The notes under the pieces were generated by a model, which was not told the DNA's origin, ran no database searches, and saw only the letters and a list, made by a program, of their open reading frames with translations. A DNA stretch of 64,000 nt, taken from the IMG/VR virus record IMGVR_UViG_3300035498_000371, positions 64,001 to 128,000 of that record. One strand, given 5' to 3'. How positions within the stretch are numbered: the first letter of the stretch is position 1; each line of letters starts with the position of its first letter. Origin of the DNA: a virus. Lineage: Duplodnaviria > Caudoviricetes. The position numbers and the translations under genes are program-made. Below are positions 10,415-20,879 of this stretch, one piece after another.

Positions 10415-13009
10415 ATGATAAAAGTCGCAGTAGAAGACGTTAATCACAGAAAGTCTACAAGACGTACGAAGTTCAGTAGAGCTAATGTGACAAATAATGC
10501 TTTCCCAAGGCTTTATACTGAAAATGGAGTATTCTGTCAGAATAATACCATTGATGCTATACAGCATTGGGATAGAATAGCCGAAGATACTAACGTTGCT
10601 TATGATAAAGCTTTAGATGCATTTTGCGAGCTATGCTTAAATGCAAATCAATCCGTTATATCTACTCAGTGTTCTTTTTTAGTAGAGAACGTTGATAAAG
10701 TAAGAGATGCTAATAGTCTTATGAATTCTATTAAATATAGAAATTCAAGATTAAAGACTAAGATTGCTACTAAGATTAATAATAAAATTTCTGGAGTGAA
10801 CGATACTATACAGAATTCTATTAGTAATCTATCTCAAACTCTTCATAAAGCCGGTACAGGTTCAACTGCAGGAGTTGCTAAATCTACTCAAGTTTCTGAA
10901 AGTTTTATTGATGAATGTTTCGATAAGATTTATACTAAAGCCAGACAAGCTAAAGAATGCGATCGCATTCTTGAAAATTATTCAAAAATAGCAAGAAGTT
11001 TTAATGTGAATGAGATTGTTAGATGCATCTCTAATAAGAATGACATCTATCAGGCTGTTGTAGATATAACAGAATGCGTGGACCAATTCAATATTGGATT
11101 TAAATCCAAATATAATGCAGCTCTTGAAACTTCATTATATGCTCTCAATACTAATCACATTTATTGTGATAAGAGTAAGATCATTGAAGCCGTAACTGAC
11201 TATTTTATCTTTAATTATGGTTTAACTGAATCACAGATTGGAGATATTAGAAAGTTAAGCACTTCATCTGTATTATATGAAAGCTCTGATTTCGATGATT
11301 CTGATTATCTATGGCAGACTTCTGTAACTGATGATAACACGAGTATGGATTATATAGAACCAGATGAGTATAGCGATGGCTTAGCAATGGTTTCTGAATC
11401 ATTAAAGAAGACTCTTAATGATAAGAAGAATGAACTTAAGCATGAATATAAAGATGCTAAGAAAGACGTTAGAGCCGTGAATAAAATGGTTAAGAAAAAT
11501 GCTAGACATGGAAATCCAGAAGAGCAGCGTGATGAAGAAATTAAAGCAATGGTTGATGATTTCCGTAAGCAATGTACTAAAAATAAAGATGATAAAGATA
11601 GAAAATCTGCAGTGGTACAGCTAAAGGCTCTTATTACTAAGATCTTTACAAGATCTCCAGCACAGATTATCTATGAATTACCATCTATCTTTGGTATTAT
11701 TAGAGGGTCGTTTATTGTAACGATATTCTCTGTAAATCCTATATTGGGAATTATTACATTGATTACCGATCAGTGTATTAAAATGACCCTTACAAGAAAG
11801 CAGATGGAGAAAGTCATTAAAGCATATGAGAATGAGATCTCTTCTTGCAATAATCGCTTAGATAAAGTCAAAGATAGTGATGAGAAAGATCGCTTAACTA
11901 AGTATAGAGATAAACTCAAAGAAGATCTCGAAAAGCTTAGAGAATATGACAGAAGTAATTATACAGAAGAAGAAAATGATGAGCGTAACGCTTATGATTA
12001 TGATGATGATTTCGATGGTGATGATGACTTCGACTTTGATGACGACGATGAATGGGGAGATTTAGACTTCGATGAAGGAGCTATTCGTACAATGGCAGCT
12101 ATAGTCGTTACAGAACAGCTTATGACTAGCATATCTGAAACATTAATCGACGATGATATTGACGGTATAGTTTGTGATAACATATTCAAGCTTCCTAACG
12201 AAGATCTAGATACAGCAGCAGATTTTGCTATCACCGTTCCAGTGCTTCATGAAAGAGATAGATTATGCGAAGCAATGATTCAACAAAAAGATCTTATTTA
12301 TACTCATGAAAATATGACAGTAGAGGATAGAAAGAGAATCGATTGCCTTAATGAGAATATTTATAAGATTAGAAATGCTGGCGGTACTACTGCCCCTACA
12401 ACGTTGAAAGAATCTATTTGTTATCTTAAAGCCATTCAAGAAATCTTAAATATTGAGGGGCAAGAAGAATACGTAACAGAGATGGATTTTTCTAATACAT
12501 TAAAGCTTGCTGTAGATAATATGAAAAGATCTGCTGTTAAATTAAGTGATAAAGAGAAGAAAATATCAAGTGATATTGACGTTACTGTAAATCAGTTCTC
12601 TAAATCATTACAGACAGCAATGATGAATGGCAATAGAGAAGCAGTCATTAAAGGAAAAGTAATACCTTCAGCATCTAAATGTATAAAGCTTGCTTTAGTT
12701 ACAGGAGCAGCATGGGCTATCAATCCAGCCATAGCTGTAATTGGCGCTCTTGGAACATTCGCCTGTATGAAGAAGATGCAAAAGAAGGAAAGACAGCTTG
12801 TAATAGATGATATTGAGATCGAACTTAAGATGTGCGAGAGATATATCCAGCAGGCTGAAAATGAAAATGATCTTAAGAAAGTCAGGGAACTTGAGAAAAC
12901 TCAGAGAACTCTCGAAAGACAGCTACAGAGAATTAGATATAAGATGAATGTAGAATATGGAGAGAGCACTCCAAGCTCTACTTATAGACCTGGCGGGGAT
13001 AGAGATTAA
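10415..13009 (+). CDS. Large putative inner-head/virion protein with two hydrophobic hairpin plus coiled-coil repeats
   Basis: Late promoter, head-operon position, many [ILVF]xE[SAG] motifs, acidic linker. Confidence 0.7.
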   Translation: MIKVAVEDVNHRKSTRRTKFSRANVTNNAFPRLYTENGVFCQNNTIDAIQHWDRIAEDTNVAYDKALDAFCELCLNANQSVISTQCSFLVENVDKVRDANSLMNSIKYRNSRLKTKIATKINNKISGVNDTIQNSISNLSQTLHKAGTGSTAGVAKSTQVSESFIDECFDKIYTKARQAKECDRILENYSKIARSFNVNEIVRCISNKNDIYQAVVDITECVDQFNIGFKSKYNAALETSLYALNTNHIYCDKSKIIEAVTDYFIFNYGLTESQIGDIRKLSTSSVLYESSDFDDSDYLWQTSVTDDNTSMDYIEPDEYSDGLAMVSESLKKTLNDKKNELKHEYKDAKKDVRAVNKMVKKNARHGNPEEQRDEEIKAMVDDFRKQCTKNKDDKDRKSAVVQLKALITKIFTRSPAQIIYELPSIFGIIRGSFIVTIFSVNPILGIITLITDQCIKMTLTRKQMEKVIKAYENEISSCNNRLDKVKDSDEKDRLTKYRDKLKEDLEKLREYDRSNYTEEENDERNAYDYDDDFDGDDDFDFDDDDEWGDLDFDEGAIRTMAAIVVTEQLMTSISETLIDDDIDGIVCDNIFKLPNEDLDTAADFAITVPVLHERDRLCEAMIQQKDLIYTHENMTVEDRKRIDCLNENIYKIRNAGGTTAPTTLKESICYLKAIQEILNIEGQEEYVTEMDFSNTLKLAVDNMKRSAVKLSDKEKKISSDIDVTVNQFSKSLQTAMMNGNREAVIKGKVIPSASKCIKLALVTGAAWAINPAIAVIGALGTFACMKKMQKKERQLVIDDIEIELKMCERYIQQAENENDLKKVRELEKTQRTLERQLQRIRYKMNVEYGESTPSSTYRPGGDRD

Positions 13010-13034
13010 TAAAAACGTGAAAGGAGAATGAGTC

Positions 13035-14168
13035 ATGATTTTTAATATTAATTCAAATCCTGGATTCGTTCATGAGTTGGAAATAAATGGTCAGAAAGTC
13101 GACGAAGACGATAATAAAAATGACTATACTGCTAATGCAGATGATGACACTGGTGGAGATAATCCACCAGCTGAACCTGAGGATACAACAGAACCAGCAG
13201 ATGACGATAATACGGATGATGCTGGAGATGATATGACTGATTATACTGCTGAAGACTTCGATGATGGAGACGATGAAGGCGGCGACGATAGCACCACAGA
13301 TGAGCCAGCAGATAATGAAGAAGATCAACCTGATAATGCCGGTAATAATGATGAAGGCGGAGAAACTTCAACAGATTATACTACTGATGATACTGACTTA
13401 GACACTCCAGATGAAGATGAAGGCGACGAGCCAGATGATGCTGGAGGAGATGCAGAACCAACAGATGGGGATAGCCCAGATAATACTGAAGATGACGAGG
13501 ATGGGGATGCTCCAGAAGATGATATGACCGATTATACTGCTGAAGACTTCGATGATGGAGACGATGAAGGCGGTGATGAGGATGCTGGAGATGGAGAAGA
13601 TGTCACTACAGATGAACCAGATAATAGTGGGGCTACAGGTGATTCAAATTCAACAGATTATACTGCTGAAGGTGATGACGACGAAGGTGGAGATGAAGGA
13701 GATGCTGGAGACGACACCGGAGATGATGAAGGAGCCGATGATAATGCAGACGATTCTGGCGATGAAGACGCGACAACTGATGGGGAAGAGAATAGCTCAG
13801 ATCCAAAGAGTTTAGCAGATATGGAAAAGAATCTGTTCTCTGATCTTACTCCTCAACAGATGTCTATCAAAAATACTGAGCTTCTTCAGAACTATATAGA
13901 TCTTCATGCTACATTAGAAACTATAACAACGGATCTTGATAAGATAGAAAAAACTTTTGAGAATACAAGAGTTATTGATTTCATTCAAGATAAACTTACA
14001 GAGTTGAAGGATATTATAAACTACACTATAACCACTACATACATTACAAGAACGTATGTAGAGAACCTTTCAAACTATAAACAAGCACTTTTAACTTTAC
14101 AGCAAATCAATTCAATGCTTAAAGGATTAATACAAAAGCCGGCAAAACAAACAAATACCGAACAGTAA
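13035..14168 (+). CDS. Highly acidic scaffold-like head protein with TDYTAE repeats and C-terminal helical domain
   Basis: About 240 aa D/E/G-rich region directly upstream of the probable capsid gene. Confidence 0.65.
   Translation: MIFNINSNPGFVHELEINGQKVDEDDNKNDYTANADDDTGGDNPPAEPEDTTEPADDDNTDDAGDDMTDYTAEDFDDGDDEGGDDSTTDEPADNEEDQPDNAGNNDEGGETSTDYTTDDTDLDTPDEDEGDEPDDAGGDAEPTDGDSPDNTEDDEDGDAPEDDMTDYTAEDFDDGDDEGGDEDAGDGEDVTTDEPDNSGATGDSNSTDYTAEGDDDEGGDEGDAGDDTGDDEGADDNADDSGDEDATTDGEENSSDPKSLADMEKNLFSDLTPQQMSIKNTELLQNYIDLHATLETITTDLDKIEKTFENTRVIDFIQDKLTELKDIINYTITTTYITRTYVENLSNYKQALLTLQQINSMLKGLIQKPAKQTNTEQ
13226..13573 (+). repeat. 57-bp in-frame direct repeat (13226-13282 and 13517-13573, one mismatch) encoding DDMTDYTAEDFDDGDDEGG
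   Basis: Direct comparison of the two copies. Confidence 0.85.
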
Positions 14169-14173
14169 ATATT

Positions 14174-14185
14174 AACAATATAGTA
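14174..14185 (+). promoter_or_regulatory. Late-type promoter motif for the capsid gene
   Basis: AACA-ATATAG-TA. Confidence 0.65.
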
Positions 14186-14263
14186 AATACTTAGGATTGG
14201 ATACCCTAATTATTTATATAAATAATTAACTTATTCCAAAATATATTAAGGAGGTAATTTAAT

Positions 14264-16114
14264 ATGCCAGTTGTAGGTGAAAGACGAAATCCTAACATGG
14301 GAAATATGTCTAAAGATCCCATGTATGCATATGCTGCAGCCTTCATGGAAACACAGCAGAATATGCTTCGTGAAAATCGCATCGACTATGGTTTCGAGCC
14401 AGTAAGAGCATTGGCTATTCAGGGAAACCGTGATGCACTCAGAAAATTCTATGTTGAAAATTCGGTGGTAGGCGACCGAAACAGTATGACAACAGAGGAG
14501 TACGACGATCAGATCAAAATGATGGACGAGGCGTTCATCAATGATATGCAGGCCGTACAGGAAAATGGTAGTATTGGTATGGCTCAGTACAACCCGATGG
14601 TTGGTCTGTCTCTGCCTATGCATAAATACCTTATGTTAAACTGTGTATTCGCACAGGCTATTCCTCGTTTCGTTGCTAAGTCTAGTTCTTGGACTGAGAC
14701 AATGGAAACAAGATTCATGGTTACACCGGATGGAAAGAAGATTGATATCGCCAATCAGCAGAATCAGATCTATCCAGCATGGAAGAGCGCTAACAAACCT
14801 ATCGAGGTTGCTATCGCATTGCCAGAGGTTCAGACAGTGGATATTCTTAATGAGTATTTCCACGTAGATCGTAAGAGTCACAATCTTTCTGTTGCTACTC
14901 ATATCTCTGCAGTTGCAATTGAGGATGCTTATAAGAAAGGTGATACTGTTCTTACAATCGCCGATGGCGTTATTACAGAATCAGTTGCTACTGAGGATGG
15001 TACAGGACTTGTATGGAAACCTTGGTTAGCAGAGTTCACACCAGGATATGGTGAGTATAACCGTGTTATTACAAAACCAGTTGATATTGTTGTTACAGGT
15101 GCAGATGGAGAGGAAACAGCGTTCCATGATTCTATCTTTGCTATGCAGCAGGATAATATGTTTGAGATCAACTCAGGCGGTAAGATCAAAGCTGTTAAGA
15201 TGTATGCTCGTTATGACGCATCTTCAAGAATGCTTAAGACTCCGAGAGTAGAGTGGAGCGAGAGAACTACATTCGTTCAGATTCCTGAGAATGATGGTAT
15301 TACTGTACCTATCACTCCTGAGGAAGTAAAAGACATCGGCGCTAACTATGGTATCAATCAGGTTACCAAGTACATGAGCATGATCAAAGACATTCTTGAG
15401 AATGTTAAAGATGATGATATCCACAATGAGCTTGATGAGAGCTTTATGAGATTGGATGACGATCACAGATTGGCTAAGACAATCGATTTCGCTCCTCGTC
15501 AGGGATACTACAGTGATCACCTTGAGTGGTTACAGAGGACATTCATGAATACACTCGATCAGTATATTACTGGTCTGCTTACAGTTCTTCGTGATCCTAA
15601 TATGCAGATCTGCATTGTTGGTCGTCCAGGACTTATCAGACAGATTACACCTACAGAGTACAGCTACGCTACTCCTTCAAGTGTTGGTCCTATCGAGCTT
15701 GACTTTAAGAAGACTGTTGTTACTTCAGATAAGAGAGTATACAACTTCATCTCTTCTGATAAGTTATTCGGAAATGATAATCTCATTGTTCTCTTGATTC
15801 CTAAGAACACTGATCGTATCGTATATCGTTTATATGATTATCAGATGTACATCAGCAATGAGATCAGAGATGCTGAGAATCCGGCGCTTCCTGCATTAAC
15901 TGCATTCCAGCGTTACAAATTCTTCTCATATCAGCCTGTTCAGGGTCGTCTGTTCGTTGCTAATCCTAGCGGTCTTCGTGAGCATCTGCCTAACGTTGAT
16001 CCTATTGGACCTCAGTATACAAACAATGATCTTGGTAGCGTTTACACTCATTATGATGAGGCTACAGGCAAGAATGTTGCAACAGCAAATGAGCTTCCTG
16101 AAGTAGACGGTTAA
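14264..16114 (+). CDS. Probable major capsid protein precursor
   Basis: 616 aa; own late promoter, strong SD and terminator; high-expression codon bias; helical N-terminal propeptide ending near VQE-NG; sits in protease/scaffold cluster. Confidence 0.75.
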   Translation: MPVVGERRNPNMGNMSKDPMYAYAAAFMETQQNMLRENRIDYGFEPVRALAIQGNRDALRKFYVENSVVGDRNSMTTEEYDDQIKMMDEAFINDMQAVQENGSIGMAQYNPMVGLSLPMHKYLMLNCVFAQAIPRFVAKSSSWTETMETRFMVTPDGKKIDIANQQNQIYPAWKSANKPIEVAIALPEVQTVDILNEYFHVDRKSHNLSVATHISAVAIEDAYKKGDTVLTIADGVITESVATEDGTGLVWKPWLAEFTPGYGEYNRVITKPVDIVVTGADGEETAFHDSIFAMQQDNMFEINSGGKIKAVKMYARYDASSRMLKTPRVEWSERTTFVQIPENDGITVPITPEEVKDIGANYGINQVTKYMSMIKDILENVKDDDIHNELDESFMRLDDDHRLAKTIDFAPRQGYYSDHLEWLQRTFMNTLDQYITGLLTVLRDPNMQICIVGRPGLIRQITPTEYSYATPSSVGPIELDFKKTVVTSDKRVYNFISSDKLFGNDNLIVLLIPKNTDRIVYRLYDYQMYISNEIRDAENPALPALTAFQRYKFFSYQPVQGRLFVANPSGLREHLPNVDPIGPQYTNNDLGSVYTHYDEATGKNVATANELPEVDG

Positions 16115-16140
16115 TTAATGTAAATGATCAAGATATACAG

Positions 16141-16160
16141 GGGTAGCAGAAATGCTACCC
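16141..16160 (+). terminator. Intrinsic terminator after capsid gene
   Basis: GGGTAGCA-gaaa-TGCTACCC plus T-rich tail. Confidence 0.75.
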
Positions 16161-16226
16161 TTGTAATTTTGTCTTATTCATTCACGTCGGAACAAATAAA
16201 TAAAAATAGATAGAGGAGGTGTTTGT

Positions 16227-16388
16227 ATGGCTACTATAAATCCATATGCTAGACCATACCCTACTAATGATTTGGGATCGGTATATACACATTATAATCC
16301 TAAAACTGGTAAGAATGAACCAACTCCAAATGTATTACCAAACAATAATCCAAAGGAGGATAACAAGGATGGAAAAGACACCAAGTAA
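16227..16388 (+). CDS. 53-aa protein homologous to the capsid protein C-terminal arm (missing from ORF track)
   Basis: MATINPYARPYPTNDLGSVYTHYNPKTGKNEPTPNVLP...; GAGGAGGT SD; late motif AACA-AATAAA-TA at 16191-16202. Confidence 0.8.
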   Translation: MATINPYARPYPTNDLGSVYTHYNPKTGKNEPTPNVLPNNNPKEDNKDGKDTK

Positions 16389-17511
16389 TTATAACTTTTC
16401 TAATATGGAAAAGTTGTTATTTGCTATTGATGAAGATCATTCCAGTTCTACTTTATCTAAACTGAAGAATGAGCTGAATAAGTTTTTCAATAAAGCAAAA
16501 TGTAAAGAAGTTTTATATACTATGAACACCGATAAGATGTTTTTCGGTATGAGAGTTTATCCTATGATTAATGGAGATGAGGCTCTTGAAATTCTGGGAG
16601 ATGGAAAGACTAAACCATTTGAGTACTACTACGTAGAGCTTGATTCTAAATTATTTGATCCTATGCTGGGGTTGGATGAGAAGGAGCTAACAGCCATATT
16701 ACTTCATGAGGTTGGTCATATTGTATATGATACTGGTACTATAGATGAAGTACGCAAAGCAGTTGATATGTATTTTGCTGGAACTGGAGATTATGCAGAT
16801 CCTAAAGTTTCTAAAGGATATAAAGAGCTTATTGGATATGCAATGAAAGACTCTGTTATGAAAGTAGGTTCTATATTCTCTAGATTCGGTAATGATGAAA
16901 TCATTGCAGATGCTTTTGTTACAGGCTGTGGCTATGGTCCTTATCTTGAGAGTGGTGTAAGAAAGATTATGAGGTCTGATACATATTTGAATAAAGATGT
17001 TGATGATAGATTAATCACTCTTAGTTGGGTATTAAGACTTCGTAGTGAGTTTGCTATAAGAAGATTACCAGCAATACATACTCTTAATAAAGCAAAACAC
17101 CTTACTGGTTCTCAGCTTGAGAAGAGAGAATTAGATTATGCTGTTAATTTGCTTAATCACATGGATGAACCAATGACTGAAGGGGCTATCGATGCTGTAA
17201 AGCAGAGATTCTCTAAGAAGTTCAATGACTTCAAGGTTAAGGGTATTAACGCTATTAAGAACGATGTATATGAGTTTAATGTTAGACTTCGTTGTGCAGA
17301 GTCTGAAGATGATCTTTTGTATATCATCAGAGCAATCAATAGAGATGTAACAATACTTCAGGATTATCTTACAGAAGACATTCCTGATAAGGAAAGAGAA
17401 GCAGTATTAGCAACCTTACAGGAGCTTTATGATGTAAGACAGAAAGCAGCAAAAGAAAAGAGTGTAAGAAATCTTAGCAGTAGTCTTATAAATGTCGTAT
17501 ATCCAGAGTAA
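16369..17511 (+). CDS. HExxH-containing putative virion protein
   Basis: AILLHEVGH plus EIIAD; start moved to 16369 behind AAGGAGG. Confidence 0.7.
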   Translation: MEKTPSNYNFSNMEKLLFAIDEDHSSSTLSKLKNELNKFFNKAKCKEVLYTMNTDKMFFGMRVYPMINGDEALEILGDGKTKPFEYYYVELDSKLFDPMLGLDEKELTAILLHEVGHIVYDTGTIDEVRKAVDMYFAGTGDYADPKVSKGYKELIGYAMKDSVMKVGSIFSRFGNDEIIADAFVTGCGYGPYLESGVRKIMRSDTYLNKDVDDRLITLSWVLRLRSEFAIRRLPAIHTLNKAKHLTGSQLEKRELDYAVNLLNHMDEPMTEGAIDAVKQRFSKKFNDFKVKGINAIKNDVYEFNVRLRCAESEDDLLYIIRAINRDVTILQDYLTEDIPDKEREAVLATLQELYDVRQKAAKEKSVRNLSSSLINVVYPE

Positions 17512-17642
17512 AATATATAAGGGGAAGCAGAAATGCTTCTCCTTTATATCTCTTTATAAAGCATTAAAATGTATATTTTTAACATTATATTTACATGAAA
17601 TTAATTATGTAGATACTATTTTTATTAAGGAGGAACAATTCC

Positions 17643-18434
17643 ATGGCGTTTAAAAACTATAACAACAACACAAACACACCTACAACCACTACTTATTCAC
17701 CGATCTCATTCTCTAACGGTGATTCTAAAGTGGAAGGCACAAGATTAAGCATAAGCTATTTCAATAAGCTTATGAAGATTTCCATTGCAAAGAAGACTTC
17801 TGGTGGCGGAAACAACGACTATGCTACATTCGATAACGATAATGCTGTTACCGTTTATGTATCTTATTCTAAGGCTAAGATTTTGCTGGATCTTCTTCGT
17901 ACAAGATTTACGCATGACGATGTTCATAATGTATGTGTAGAGTTAAAGAATGGATTACTTAAAGTATCCGATGGTGTCGAATTTGGTTCGACCATGCCAT
18001 GTATTAGCATCAGCTCTGCAGATGCTAACGGTAATGTAACAGAGACGATTTATCAGTGCAAAGATAACTTCTATACTGGCGCTTATAACTATAACAATGG
18101 TAAGTATTCCTCTGAATCATTTGATTTGTTTGAGTTGGATACTTTCGAGATGGTACTTGAAGAGTATTATCGTGCATCTTCTTATGCTATCGCTGCAACT
18201 GTAATGGAAGCAAATATGTATAAGCGTGAAGGTCAGTATAATCTTATTAGAGCAATTGCAGATAAGGTTGGAGCTTCAACTCAAGGAGGTGGAAATTCAG
18301 GAGGATATAATAGTAAAACATTCCTTGCTGGTAATGGAAACTCTGGAAATGGCGGAGGAATGAATGGCGTCGCTGCAGAATACGAAGCTAGTTCATTCGA
18401 TGATATTGCTAGTAGCATGAATCTTCCTGAATAG
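17643..18434 (+). CDS. Probable single-stranded DNA-binding protein
   Basis: Beta-rich core, Gly/Asn-rich linker, acidic tail (EYEASSFDDIASSMNLPE), high-expression codons; inference from architecture. Confidence 0.5.
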   Translation: MAFKNYNNNTNTPTTTTYSPISFSNGDSKVEGTRLSISYFNKLMKISIAKKTSGGGNNDYATFDNDNAVTVYVSYSKAKILLDLLRTRFTHDDVHNVCVELKNGLLKVSDGVEFGSTMPCISISSADANGNVTETIYQCKDNFYTGAYNYNNGKYSSESFDLFELDTFEMVLEEYYRASSYAIAATVMEANMYKREGQYNLIRAIADKVGASTQGGGNSGGYNSKTFLAGNGNSGNGGGMNGVAAEYEASSFDDIASSMNLPE

Positions 18435-18439
18435 GATAT

Positions 18440-19108
18440 ATGAAGAAAGATAATGTAATCCTTGCTAATTTCGATTTCTTGGTGGACTTAGACGTAGCAA
18501 TGTTTAAGTTCATCAAGAATCGTTATAAGAACTCCAAGTATGTAGATCAAAAAATCATTAATATGGAAGATGAGAATCTTATTAAGTATACTATGCTGAA
18601 TAGAAAGCATATAAATCCATTAGAAGTAATTATGCCTGAGGTAGACACCACAGATATGTATTATGAAATAATGAATGATCATTTTGACGAATTATTATCA
18701 TATGCTAAAGCATATGATACATTTGGTCTGCTTATTACGTTTCTCAACAATGCATCTTCGGTAGATATAGTAGTTCGTTGTAATAATGAGAAAGAAGAAA
18801 AGTTTATCAAAAAACTTAATCCAATACTTAATACAACTATAACTCCTAGATCAAATGTTAGGGTTAATGATTATTCTGTTATTTATGAGAAGTATTACGC
18901 TTATTTAATAGAGTATCCTAAACTTATAACTAAGCATATCTACATTGCGGCAGCAAAATTTAATATGGAAGAAGATAAAGATCTTCTTAATGTAGGATTA
19001 TCTACGTTATTTGGAGATATAAACGCAATCCATTTAATGGATTTGTATCAATATGTAAAATTCAGATTTAAGAAAACCGAGGAGGATGACGACGATGATT
19101 CAATCTAA
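18440..19108 (+). CDS. Hypothetical protein (possible degenerate HAD fold)
   Basis: N-terminal ILANFDFLVDLD resembles HAD motif I. Confidence 0.6.
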   Translation: MKKDNVILANFDFLVDLDVAMFKFIKNRYKNSKYVDQKIINMEDENLIKYTMLNRKHINPLEVIMPEVDTTDMYYEIMNDHFDELLSYAKAYDTFGLLITFLNNASSVDIVVRCNNEKEEKFIKKLNPILNTTITPRSNVRVNDYSVIYEKYYAYLIEYPKLITKHIYIAAAKFNMEEDKDLLNVGLSTLFGDINAIHLMDLYQYVKFRFKKTEEDDDDDSI

Positions 19109-20813
19109 TATTGTGTCTGAGGATAAAGTAAGAAGTGTCCAGCGCGATACTCTTAACGTAATATCTAATGCGCTTGTAAAATCATTTGGTCCTAATGGTT
19201 CCACTACAGGAATCATTAAAAATATGGACAAGAACGGAATTAATATTGCTGTAGAGCATACAAAAGATGGTTATACTATTATGAGCAATATTCAGTTCTT
19301 AAATCCTATTGAAAGATCAGTTCAGGATCTTCTTACTGATTTGACTCGCTATGTGGTTAAGGAAGTTGGAGATGGAACTACATCTGCTGTAGTATTATGT
19401 AATGCTGTATTTGAGCAGTTATGCAATAATGCAAGTATTGCAAATTGTCCAGCGGCAGATACAATCTATAAGTTTACTGAAGTTATATCTAAGGTAAAGG
19501 AAGAGATTAATAAGATGGGAAGAGAGTGCACTGTAGATGATATCTATGAGATAGCTCTCATATCTACAAATAACAATGAAGAAATTGCTGGTATTATAAG
19601 AGAAATCTATAAGAAGTACGATATGAATGTCTTCATTGATGTAGGCACCTCAAATCAGGTCTTTAATGTAGTTAAGGAATATGACGGAATGACTCTCGAT
19701 ACAGGATTTGCTAATGTATGCATGGTAAATGATGCTGAAAAGAATACTGCTTCTGTCAGAAATCCAAGAATCTACTGCTTTAATGACCCTATTGATACAC
19801 CAGAGATGCTCACATTACTTGATACAATCTTATACAGCAACATTATGCGCTGCTATGAGAGAGGTTCTGTGTATGAACCTGTACCTACAGTAATCTTCTG
19901 TAAGCAGATATCTCCAGATACAAGTTCTTATTTTGAGTCTGTAGTAAAATTGATGAGTGCTGTTCCTAATGTACCACTGCTTATTGTAAGTGATATTCAT
20001 CAGCACTACATTTATGAAGATATCGCTCAGATGTGTGGGGCAAAATTCATTAAGAAATATCTTAATCCAGATCTTCAGCAGAAAGATATCGATGCAGGAT
20101 TAGCACCAACTACAGAAACAATTCTTGAATTTTGTGGTTCGGCAGAGTTGGTTGTTGCCGATGAATACAAAACTAAGATTATCCGTCCTAAAGCAATGTA
20201 CAATGAGGATGGTACTTATTCAGATGCTTACAATACTCAGCTTAAATATCTTGAAGCTCAGATTAATAAAGCTACAAATGAAGATGCAGGGGTAATGGAA
20301 ATACAAAAAGCAAAGAGAAGGTATAACTCCTTTAAAGGAAATATGGTTGATCTGTTAATTGGTGGTATTGCACTATCAGACAGAAATAACCTTAAAGCAT
20401 CTGTAGATGATGCTGTGCTGAATTGTAGATCTGCGGCTATTAATGGTGTTGGTTATGGGGCTAACTATATGGCATTCTCAGTATTACATAAAATGAAAGA
20501 TGAATCCACTGCTGAAAATGGCAAGAATAATGTCTTCGTCGATATTTTATGTGATGCTTATGATAAGCTTGTTTCTATCTTATACAACAAGACTGGAGAG
20601 GCTGAAAAGAAAGAGCTTATAGACAAGCTTCTTGAAAATAAATGCCCTCTTAATATAAGAACCAATGAGTATGATCAGAAAGTTCTTTCATCTATCAAAA
20701 CAGATACAAGTATTCTTGACACTATTAACAGAATTCTGATGCTCATGTTTACGAGCAATCAGTATCTTGTACAGACACCAATGCACAATATCTATTCTGC
20801 AGATGAACGTTGA
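19095..20813 (+). CDS. Phage GroEL-like chaperonin
   Basis: SFGPNG, TKDGYT, VGDGTTSAV, GGxxxxD..KASVDDA, GVGYGA motifs; no GroES nearby. Confidence 0.93.
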   Translation: MIQSNIVSEDKVRSVQRDTLNVISNALVKSFGPNGSTTGIIKNMDKNGINIAVEHTKDGYTIMSNIQFLNPIERSVQDLLTDLTRYVVKEVGDGTTSAVVLCNAVFEQLCNNASIANCPAADTIYKFTEVISKVKEEINKMGRECTVDDIYEIALISTNNNEEIAGIIREIYKKYDMNVFIDVGTSNQVFNVVKEYDGMTLDTGFANVCMVNDAEKNTASVRNPRIYCFNDPIDTPEMLTLLDTILYSNIMRCYERGSVYEPVPTVIFCKQISPDTSSYFESVVKLMSAVPNVPLLIVSDIHQHYIYEDIAQMCGAKFIKKYLNPDLQQKDIDAGLAPTTETILEFCGSAELVVADEYKTKIIRPKAMYNEDGTYSDAYNTQLKYLEAQINKATNEDAGVMEIQKAKRRYNSFKGNMVDLLIGGIALSDRNNLKASVDDAVLNCRSAAINGVGYGANYMAFSVLHKMKDESTAENGKNNVFVDILCDAYDKLVSILYNKTGEAEKKELIDKLLENKCPLNIRTNEYDQKVLSSIKTDTSILDTINRILMLMFTSNQYLVQTPMHNIYSADER

Positions 20814-20879
20814 TATCAAAATATGGGGTTGGTTAGTTCCAACCCCAGATAAATTATACTATGGAAGGAAGTGAGATCC

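Noticed and set aside
10310-10567. N-terminal extension of the protease ORF overlapping gene 10415
   Set aside because: Real start is ATG 10309 with SD and late promoter; the extension spans the divergent promoter region
16246-16368. N-terminal extension of the HExxH gene in the ORF track
   Set aside because: No SD at 16246; the region encodes the 53-aa capsid-arm paralog in another frame and the true start is 16369
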